The notes below the pieces were generated by a model. That model ran no database searches, was not told the origin of the DNA, and worked only from the letters and a program-made list of their open reading frames with translations. A stretch of 64,000 nucleotides of DNA from an uncultured Gammaproteobacteria bacterium. Lineage in GTDB: Bacteria; Patescibacteriota; Microgenomatia; Levybacterales; GWA1-39-11. Shown piece after piece: positions 57,745 to 64,000 of this stretch; position 1 is the stretch's first letter, and every line of letters begins with the position of its first letter. The position numbers and the translations under genes were made by a program. Where the stretch lies: NCBI GenBank assembly GCA_964511965.1, contig CAZEGF010000023.1:42887-106886 (forward strand). The letters are read 5' to 3'.

Positions 57745-58221
57745 TTAATGTGTATTTCCTGTTTGACGAAGAGGCCAAGATGGTTGCTGTGGATCATTGA
57801 ATTTATGAAAGAAAACGTTGTCATCAAAAGTTATTAATTTTGCTGGGAGTTCTCTATCATTGACTATTATAATTCCTTTACATGACAATTCTAGACCTTC
57901 TCTTGCCCAGCTTCCAATGTTTCTTTGAAAAACCAATCGGTAGCCCGGGCCAGATGAGGGATATTCTAATTTCTCAAGAGGAGTTTCTGCTTTACCATTA
58001 ATCCAAAATGTTATTGGAGAATAATCATCCATATACATATCAACACCTGGGGACAATACTGCATGAAATTGGTTGTCTTCCAAAACTTCAATTGCATCAT
58101 ATGGTTGATGCTGTGGTATTTCTGCAAGTCCCTGTCGCATTACAGCTAATTCTTCTTTAGAGGATGGAGGAATATCAAAAAGTACTCCTTGTTCTGCCGT
58201 CATGATGTTATTGTATTCCAA
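57745..58221 (-). CDS. Hypothetical soluble protein
   Basis: 158 aa with no recognised motif. Confidence 0.35.
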   Translation of the reverse strand: MEYNNIMTAEQGVLFDIPPSSKEELAVMRQGLAEIPQHQPYDAIEVLEDNQFHAVLSPGVDMYMDDYSPITFWINGKAETPLEKLEYPSSGPGYRLVFQRNIGSWAREGLELSCKGIIIVNDRELPAKLITFDDNVFFHKFNDPQQPSWPLRQTGNTH

Positions 58222-58287
58222 AACTGCGGGGTGTCAAATAGTTTAATTTTGCTGGCATTAATGGACGCGTTTAGAATCTATGACAGA

Positions 58288-58824
58288 CTATTCAAAACTT
58301 GGCGGACGCAAAGTATTATTAGAGGCTCTTTCTTCAAACTCGTTTAACATGCTTTCAAGTGAAGGATCATTATCAAACGCCCATCTAACAAAGTTTGATA
58401 CTGCTGTGGGATTTTCTTGAAATCCTTTTAAAAGATTTTTTGTTTCCTCTTCAGAATTTCCTAACCATGACTCTCCCAAGTATATTGCACTTTGACCTTC
58501 TCTTTCTGTGGCATCTTCAATATAACCTAGTGTGAACCAAGCTGTATTATGCAACATCGGTGTGTTGTCAATCTGGTCGCGGTTGATTTTCTCTTTAGGA
58601 TCGTACTCAGGTAAGGTAGTTATACCTCCTGGAAGTGAGTTATGATATAGGCTTAAGGACAACTCCGCCATTAATCTTTCTGCTTGATCCTGCGTAGCGC
58701 CTAATGCTAGGAATACTCTAATGCCCCCATGATAGCCTGCAAATTTATCTTCAAGATACATCGGTGCAATAATTGCAAAACCCCGCATTCTAATTTCAGA
58801 GTAATCGTACTTATCCCGTTCCAT
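58288..58824 (-). CDS. Hypothetical soluble protein
   Basis: 178 aa with no recognised motif. Confidence 0.35.
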   Translation of the reverse strand: MERDKYDYSEIRMRGFAIIAPMYLEDKFAGYHGGIRVFLALGATQDQAERLMAELSLSLYHNSLPGGITTLPEYDPKEKINRDQIDNTPMLHNTAWFTLGYIEDATEREGQSAIYLGESWLGNSEEETKNLLKGFQENPTAVSNFVRWAFDNDPSLESMLNEFEERASNNTLRPPSFE

Positions 58825-58846
58825 GAAAGGAATTATATCAGAAGAA

Positions 58847-59326
58847 TTATCCGAGAAGGGGTAGTGGAAATTCTTTTTCTAAATATTCAAAACTTTTTAT
58901 TATTGAATCTCGGTGGTCAAAAGCAAATTCTTCATCCGGGGGTAAAGTGTCTCTTCCAAACCAGTGAATATCTGAAACCTCACTATTTAAAGTTGATGCA
59001 CCGCCAACAACTCTTACAAGATATATAAAATCAACATTTTGCCTATCCTCTTTTGGTCTGTTTGGATTGTCGTTCACTCTAAATAAACTTACTATCTCAC
59101 CATCAAACCCTGTTTCTTCCCTTAACTCTCGTAAAGCACCATCTGAAGTATTTTCATTTCTATCTAAAAAACCACCAGGTAGAGTATACTTTCCGCCGTT
59201 ATGAATATTTGCTGCTCTTTTTACAAGAAGAACTTCATTTTTTTCATTAATAGCAATAGATCCGACCGTAACATGTCGTAACCCTTTTTCTGCTTTATTC
59301 CCATTTTCAAAACAGCACTGAATCAT
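58847..59326 (-). CDS. NUDIX hydrolase
   Basis: Nudix box GGFLDRNENTSDGALRELREETG. The start was trimmed to the internal ATG so it does not overlap the tRNA gene. Confidence 0.7.
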   Translation of the reverse strand: MIQCCFENGNKAEKGLRHVTVGSIAINEKNEVLLVKRAANIHNGGKYTLPGGFLDRNENTSDGALRELREETGFDGEIVSLFRVNDNPNRPKEDRQNVDFIYLVRVVGGASTLNSEVSDIHWFGRDTLPPDEEFAFDHRDSIIKSFEYLEKEFPLPLLG

Positions 59327-59375
59327 GACTAAGGTATAGCAAAAAATCAGGAGAATCTTGTTTGAAGAAGATTTG

Positions 59376-59446
59376 CTGGGAGTCAGGGATTTGAACCCCA
59401 ATAACGTCCTCCAGAGGGACGTGTCCTACCATTAGACGAACTCCCA
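59376..59446 (-). tRNA. tRNA-Gln (anticodon CTG), 71 nt, CCA not encoded
   Basis: Folds by hand into a cloverleaf. Acceptor stem UGGGAGU/ACUCCCA with U1-A72; anticodon stem CGUCC/GGACG; loop CUCUGGA; T-arm GGGG-UUCAAAU-CCCU. Confidence 0.85.
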
Positions 59447-59478
59447 TTACTTTTAGAGAGGCTAATGGCAAACTTGTT

Positions 59479-59498
59479 TACCATTAGACGAACTCCCA
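59479..59498 (-). repeat. 20-nt duplicate of the tRNA-Gln 5' end (acceptor plus D-arm 5' half), 32 bp upstream of the tRNA; part of a 12-bp-stem hairpin (59462-59487)
   Basis: TACCATTAGACGAACTCCCA occurs at 59427-59446 and 59479-59498. CTAATGGCAAAC-TTG-TTTACCATTAG is an inverted repeat. Confidence 0.75.
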
Positions 59499-59573
59499 AT
59501 ACGTTCGAAACTTGTCATATTTTACTAAATTGGAGCTATAATAGCTAATAAATTTTGTTAGAATAAATTCAAT

Positions 59574-60200
59574 ATGAAATATTATTTATCTTCATACAAA
59601 CTCGGAAATGAACTGGATAGACTACATGAATTGATAAGACAGACCTCTGGAAAATTCGGATACATTCCAAATGCATTGGACTTTATCGGCGCGGATCCGG
59701 AATGGAAGAAAGAGCATATAAAGACTGACATGGAGGATCTTCGTAAAAATGGTGCAGAGGTTGAATTGTTAGACCTAAAAGATTATTTCGGGAAAGAGAA
59801 AGAATTGGAAGAAAAACTGCAAAATCTTGGTGGTGTGTATGTAAGTGGTGGGAACACATTTGTTCTTCGCCAAGCCATGAAAATAAGTGGGTTTGACCAA
59901 ATTTTTTCTGAGCTTACAAAAAGAGACGACTTTTTATACATCGCCTACAGTGCAGGTGTTTGTCTGCTTTGTAAAACTATGAAATATTTTGCTATGACTG
60001 ACAATGCAAACGACTTTCCCTATAAAGAAATTAAGGAAACTATCTGGGAAGGACTAGGGGTTCTGGATTTTATTTTTGAGCCTCATTATGATTCAGATCA
60101 TCCGGAGTCGGAAAGCACGGATCGCGAAATAAAAAAACTTGTCGATGAAAAAGTTTTGTTCAAGGCCTACCGCGATGGCGAAGTCCTTATTTTTTCCTAA
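59574..60200 (+). CDS. Peptidase S51 (dipeptidase E / cyanophycinase-like) family protein
   Basis: VSGGNTF and the nucleophile elbow AYSAGV, 208 aa. A TATAAT box lies upstream at about 59537. Confidence 0.55.
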   Translation: MKYYLSSYKLGNELDRLHELIRQTSGKFGYIPNALDFIGADPEWKKEHIKTDMEDLRKNGAEVELLDLKDYFGKEKELEEKLQNLGGVYVSGGNTFVLRQAMKISGFDQIFSELTKRDDFLYIAYSAGVCLLCKTMKYFAMTDNANDFPYKEIKETIWEGLGVLDFIFEPHYDSDHPESESTDREIKKLVDEKVLFKAYRDGEVLIFS

Positions 60201-60501
60201 CTATCATTTGAGAAAATCCACCAACAAGTACAAAGAACCCAATAACAATTCCTGCTGTTACAATTTGGGATCCAGCTTCAAGTCCAAAAGGAACAGCATA
60301 TTTTCTCGACGAAAGTGTGCACACGTTATTTACTTTTCTAATGCAATCCCTTTTTAAAATCAATCCATTATTTGAAGTTTCAATTACTCTTACATAAAGA
60401 ACAAAAGAGACGATAATCCATATAAATAGCCAGTAAAAAGTCATATAAAAAGGATACTGATATTTTTTTGTAGGTAAAATTTTCATGGTAAATTTTCGCA
60501 C
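60187..60501 (-). CDS. Small membrane protein, hypothetical
   Basis: 104 aa with two or three TM helices. Confidence 0.3.
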   Translation of the reverse strand: MRKFTMKILPTKKYQYPFYMTFYWLFIWIIVSFVLYVRVIETSNNGLILKRDCIRKVNNVCTLSSRKYAVPFGLEAGSQIVTAGIVIGFFVLVGGFSQMIVRKK

Positions 60502-60791
60502 ACCTTACCGTCTCCATCGTGATCAAGTCGACTCAGTGTTGGAAGTTTGTCGTGATTTTCTTCGTAAAATTGTTGAGCCTCAATCCGGGTTATAAAAGAA
60601 TCGCACGTAGGGTCAGAAGCATTTACAATGGGAGTTTCTACATAATTTTTATGATGATACAAAGGGGAGAGGTAAGAAAAGTAAAAATAGATAAGTGTTA
60701 TTTCAAAAAGCACCAAAAAAAACCCAAAAAGGAATGATAATACACGCATAAATAAATAATACACTAAAAAATTAGCCTTGACTTGAGGCAT
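60483..60791 (-). CDS. Membrane-anchored Excalibur (extracellular Ca-binding) domain protein
   Basis: N-terminal TM helix and the C-terminal DHDGDGKVCE motif (DxDxDGxxCE). Confidence 0.55.
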   Translation of the reverse strand: MPQVKANFLVYYLFMRVLSFLFGFFLVLFEITLIYFYFSYLSPLYHHKNYVETPIVNASDPTCDSFITRIEAQQFYEENHDKLPTLSRLDHDGDGKVCENLP

Positions 60792-60843
60792 TTTATGATT
60801 TATTCTTTGTATATCACTTCATCTAGAATTTATTCCCAAAAGA

Positions 60844-60872
60844 TTGACAATTAGCAATTAATTTGCTACACT
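60844..60872 (+). promoter_or_regulatory. lon promoter TTGACA-N17-TACACT with an embedded inverted repeat TAGCAA-N5-TTGCTA (60852-60868)
   Basis: Hexamers and the palindrome read directly from the sequence; 12 nt lie between the -10 box and the ATG. Confidence 0.45.
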
Positions 60873-60884
60873 GCTAAAAATTAT

Positions 60885-63287
60885 ATGTCTGAGGTATACG
60901 ACAACTACAATGAAAAATTAATCCCAATAATTCCAATCCGAGACGGAATAGTTTTTCCTCACACAGAGTCAATTTTGACCTTTGGAAGACCCAGAAGCCT
61001 TGCTGCATTAGAAACTGCGTTTAGTGGTGAGCGTGTCGTTTGTTTTGTTCTACAAAAAAATCCTCGTCAAGAAGATCCTGAAGTATCAGACCTTTACCAA
61101 ATGGGAACCATAGCTCACATCGAGCGAATGATCAGATCCGATGGTGAAGTAAATGCTCTTGTGAAAGGGTTATCCCGCGCTCAAATTGTAAGTTTTTCCG
61201 AATCGACCCAATATTTACAAGCGGTAGTTCATGAGATCGACGATTTTGAACCGGAAAAACCGGAAGTAAAAGCGTTGATGAATCACTTAACTACTTCATT
61301 TAAAAAGGCTCTTAGTCTTGGAAAACAAGCTGATTTTTTGGTCTTTATGAATATCATGTCAGATATTTCAGCTTCAGAGCTTGCGGATCAAATTGCCTCA
61401 ACTTTGGATATTAAGGGGTCTGAACGACAAGATATTTTAGAAACAGTTGATGTCCAAAAAAGGTTGACCAAGGTAAGTGAATTTTTGGATAAAGAAGTTA
61501 AAGTATTAGAATTAGAAAGAAAAATTGCATCAAAAACTCAGGAACAATTGGAAAAATCTACAAAAGACGCAATTTTAAGAGAAAGACTTAAGACCATTGA
61601 AAAAGAATTAGGCGAAACCGATGATGGAGGCGAAATAAAAGAACTCTCAGACAAAATAAAAAAGGCAGGTATGCCAAAAGATATTGAAGAAAAGATGATA
61701 AAGGAGCTCAAAAAACTCCAACAGCTCACCCCATATAACCCCGAATCCGGATATCTTCGCAACTACTTGGAATGGATGGTTGCACTTCCGTGGAGTAAAA
61801 AGTCTGAAGGAAAAAGTACCCTTAAAAATGCTGAAGCAACACTAGACGAAGGGCATTATGGCCTCAAAAAGGTAAAAGAGAGAGTAGTTGAGTACCTTGC
61901 AGTTCATCAATTGTCCGGAAAGATGAAGGGACCAATTCTTTGTTTTTCAGGACCTCCGGGAGTAGGTAAAACGTCAATTGGAAAAAGCATCGCAAAAGCA
62001 TTGGGTCGTGAATTTGTAAAAGTATCTTTGGGTGGGATCCGAGATGAGGCTGAAATTAGAGGGCATAGAAGAACATATGTCGGAGCTCTTCCAGGAAGAA
62101 TTATACAGGGCATAAAGGATGCTGGAACCAAAAATCCGGTATTCATGTTGGATGAGATTGATAAAGTAGGAGCTGATTTTAGGGGTGACCCATCATCTGC
62201 GCTTTTGGAGGCTCTTGATCCGGAGCAAAACGGAGGATTTTCAGATCATTATTTGGAGGTTCCTTTTGATTTGTCAGACGTAATGTTCATAACTACGGCA
62301 AATTCTCTTGATACTATCCCACCTGCGCTACGTGATAGGCTTGAGATTATTGAATTTACCGGTTACACCCAGGATGAGAAATTTCATATCGCTAAAGACT
62401 TTTTACTCAAAAAACAATTGTCTTCACATGGACTTAAATCTGCAAACGTAAAAATTTCGGATGAAGCTCTCCAATATATTATTCATAGATATACAAGAGA
62501 ATCCGGAGTCAGAAGTCTTGAGCGACAAGTTGCTACGATTTTTAGGAAAGTAGCGAGAAAAGTGGCAGAAGGGGAGAAAGATAAAGTTCTTATAACTGTC
62601 AAAAATATCACAAAATATTTAGGGCCTGAAAAAGTTTCCTCAACTCTTGCCGAACGTAAAGATGAGGTAGGAATAGCAACCGGTCTTTATTATTCTCCAT
62701 CCGGTGGTGGAATACTTTCAATTGAAGTTGCTCTTATGCCTGGAAAGGGGCAGTTAATATTAACCGGTCAATTGGGAGATGTTATGAAAGAATCATGCCA
62801 AGCTGCAATGACTTATGTAAGAGCACGGGCTCATAAATTTGGACTTTCCGATGATTTTTACAAAACATTAGATGTTCATGTCCATGTACCGGAAGGAGCA
62901 GTACCAAAAGATGGTCCGTCAGCAGGAGACGCAATTACTACTGCATTAGTTTCAGCCTTAACAAAAATTCCAACAAATAGACTTGTTGCTATGACCGGAG
63001 AGGTCACAATTCGAGGTAAAGTTCTTGAAATTGGAGGAATTAAAGAAAAAGTGATAGGCGCACACAGAGCCGGAATTAAGACTATAATATTACCAAAGGA
63101 GAATAGGAAAGATATGGAAGAAATTCCAAAAGAAGTCTCAAAAGATATACGTTTTGTATTTGTTTCCCATATGGATGAGGTGTTAAAAGTTGCTTTGACA
63201 AAACATATTCCCGGATTTAAGGAAATAAAAGGAGAAAAAGAGAAAAAACCAAACCTTACTGTTGCAACCCCAACTCTAGCAGATTAG
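60885..63287 (+). CDS. lon: ATP-dependent Lon protease
   Basis: Lon N-terminal domain, AAA+ (GPPGVGKTS, Walker B FMLDEIDK), and a C-terminal S16 domain with PKDGPSAGDA plus the catalytic Lys. Confidence 0.9.
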   Translation: MSEVYDNYNEKLIPIIPIRDGIVFPHTESILTFGRPRSLAALETAFSGERVVCFVLQKNPRQEDPEVSDLYQMGTIAHIERMIRSDGEVNALVKGLSRAQIVSFSESTQYLQAVVHEIDDFEPEKPEVKALMNHLTTSFKKALSLGKQADFLVFMNIMSDISASELADQIASTLDIKGSERQDILETVDVQKRLTKVSEFLDKEVKVLELERKIASKTQEQLEKSTKDAILRERLKTIEKELGETDDGGEIKELSDKIKKAGMPKDIEEKMIKELKKLQQLTPYNPESGYLRNYLEWMVALPWSKKSEGKSTLKNAEATLDEGHYGLKKVKERVVEYLAVHQLSGKMKGPILCFSGPPGVGKTSIGKSIAKALGREFVKVSLGGIRDEAEIRGHRRTYVGALPGRIIQGIKDAGTKNPVFMLDEIDKVGADFRGDPSSALLEALDPEQNGGFSDHYLEVPFDLSDVMFITTANSLDTIPPALRDRLEIIEFTGYTQDEKFHIAKDFLLKKQLSSHGLKSANVKISDEALQYIIHRYTRESGVRSLERQVATIFRKVARKVAEGEKDKVLITVKNITKYLGPEKVSSTLAERKDEVGIATGLYYSPSGGGILSIEVALMPGKGQLILTGQLGDVMKESCQAAMTYVRARAHKFGLSDDFYKTLDVHVHVPEGAVPKDGPSAGDAITTALVSALTKIPTNRLVAMTGEVTIRGKVLEIGGIKEKVIGAHRAGIKTIILPKENRKDMEEIPKEVSKDIRFVFVSHMDEVLKVALTKHIPGFKEIKGEKEKKPNLTVATPTLAD

Positions 63288-63290
63288 TAT

Positions 63291-63605
63291 ATGTCCAAAG
63301 AGCTTAGACAAGCACTTTCTAGTATTCCTTTTCCCGAAACAAAGGTATATTCAAATAGATATGAAGAATATATATTTAAACCAGGGCAAGTTGTCGAATA
63401 CACCTTGGGGTTAAGACCAACCCCTGAATCATGTGTTTTTGCAGAACCGGATGCTATAAAGAGATCTCCAATACATTTTGAAGTCAGAATGGGTGGAGGA
63501 GGAAGCTATGTACCTGTTTACGAAGGTCAAGATATTACAGACAACGTTTCACCACAAATTTTAGCTAAATTACCTCTTAATTCTTCTCGAGAGCTCACCT
63601 CTTAA
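63291..63605 (+). CDS. Hypothetical protein
   Basis: 104 aa with no recognised motif. It overlaps the convergent GH1 gene end by 36 nt. Confidence 0.3.
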   Translation: MSKELRQALSSIPFPETKVYSNRYEEYIFKPGQVVEYTLGLRPTPESCVFAEPDAIKRSPIHFEVRMGGGGSYVPVYEGQDITDNVSPQILAKLPLNSSRELTS

Positions 63606-64000
63606 AAGTTTTCTAATAACTTCATTCGCTTTTTCTTTCTGCTCGTCTCCTTCTATATATTTTTCTATGAGATGATCGATATCAATTTTGCCAGATTTTG
63701 CGATTTCTTCATATAAATGCGCACTTTTTCTCAGTTTTCGAGCTCCCGTTATTTGATCAACTTCAATTAATCCAAATTTTTTGGTGTAACCCTCAGCCCA
63801 TTCTAAATTGTCAACAGTTGACCAATGAATATAATGTCTGACAGGTATCCCTTCGCGAAGCGCACGCCAGACGGCAACCAAGTGAGTTAGTATGAAAAAT
63901 GCTCTATGCTTGTCGTGTCTATCGGCGATTCCATTTTCAGTAATAAGAATCGGTAATTTATAGGAGTGATGCAAAATATGAAGAGTATTTAGTAAAAAAT
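63570..64000 (-). CDS. Glycoside hydrolase family 1 (beta-glucosidase-like), C-terminal part only; the 5' end runs off the window
   Basis: ITENG nucleophile motif, then HWS..DNLEW..GY..KFGL..VD. The frame stays open upstream of the TTG-started ORF through to window position 64000. Confidence 0.7.
   Translation of the reverse strand, partial: FLLNTLHILHHSYKLPILITENGIADRHDKHRAFFILTHLVAVWRALREGIPVRHYIHWSTVDNLEWAEGYTKKFGLIEVDQITGARKLRKSAHLYEEIAKSGKIDIDHLIEKYIEGDEQKEKANEVIRKLLRGELSRRIKR

Noticed and set aside
56802-59326. Genomic island called by composition (higher GC) next to tRNA-Gln
   Set aside because: Eyeballed GC of these genes (~37-38%) is similar to other soluble-protein genes in the window, such as lon. 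The apparent contrast is with the very AT-rich membrane-protein genes, so composition alone does not support horizontal acquisition.
1-64000. Alternative genetic code (UGA as Gly, code 25) as seen in some CPR lineages
   Set aside because: Long ORFs with strong homology terminate at TGA (for example 7675, 32134 and 46537), with conserved C-termini ending there. The standard bacterial code fits.

Overview
The window is a low-GC (roughly one-third G+C), gene-dense, standard-code bacterial chromosome segment, about 90% coding with many short or absent 5' leaders. Its gene content looks like Candidate Phyla Radiation / Patescibacteria (Microgenomates-like); this is an inference, with no database search run. 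Supporting this are small compact proteins, a minimal TsaB, a short GltX, an archaeal-type AspRS, and at least nine large polytopic GT-C (PMT/ArnT-like) membrane proteins. No CRISPR array, transposase, integrase or rRNA was seen. Described gene content, left to right:
- the 3' part of prfB
- GT-C-like membrane proteins
- an FtsE-FtsX module with a secreted coiled-coil partner carrying a C39-like peptidase domain
- a tsaE-tsaC-tsaB cluster
- a long envelope-glycan locus: rmlA, an RmlC-like cupin, rmlB, rmlD, ugd, rmd, gmd, a UDP-xylose synthase, a GT2-GtrA fusion and a GT39
- secDF, NUDIX, YqeY, an ABC exporter, cca, recJ, aspS, a D-Ala-D-Ala carboxypeptidase, gltX, dgkA
- a second cluster of five GT-C-like membrane genes with an embedded methyltransferase and a T4-endoV-like pyrimidine-dimer glycosylase
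- a block of uncharacterised genes next to tRNA-Gln(CTG)
- peptidase E, an Excalibur-domain protein, lon, and the 3' part of a GH1 beta-glucosidase cut by the window end
Things worth a second look:
- an orphan promoter, two-hairpin, terminator unit on the minus strand (40806-40951), a candidate sRNA or attenuator
- two copies of a 35-bp tandem-heptamer (TAATCAC) element
- three short local direct duplications of a gene 3' end or tRNA 5' end
- a palindromic operator-like site inside the lon promoter
- a His-rich extension on FtsE
- promoters placed for leaderless mRNAs
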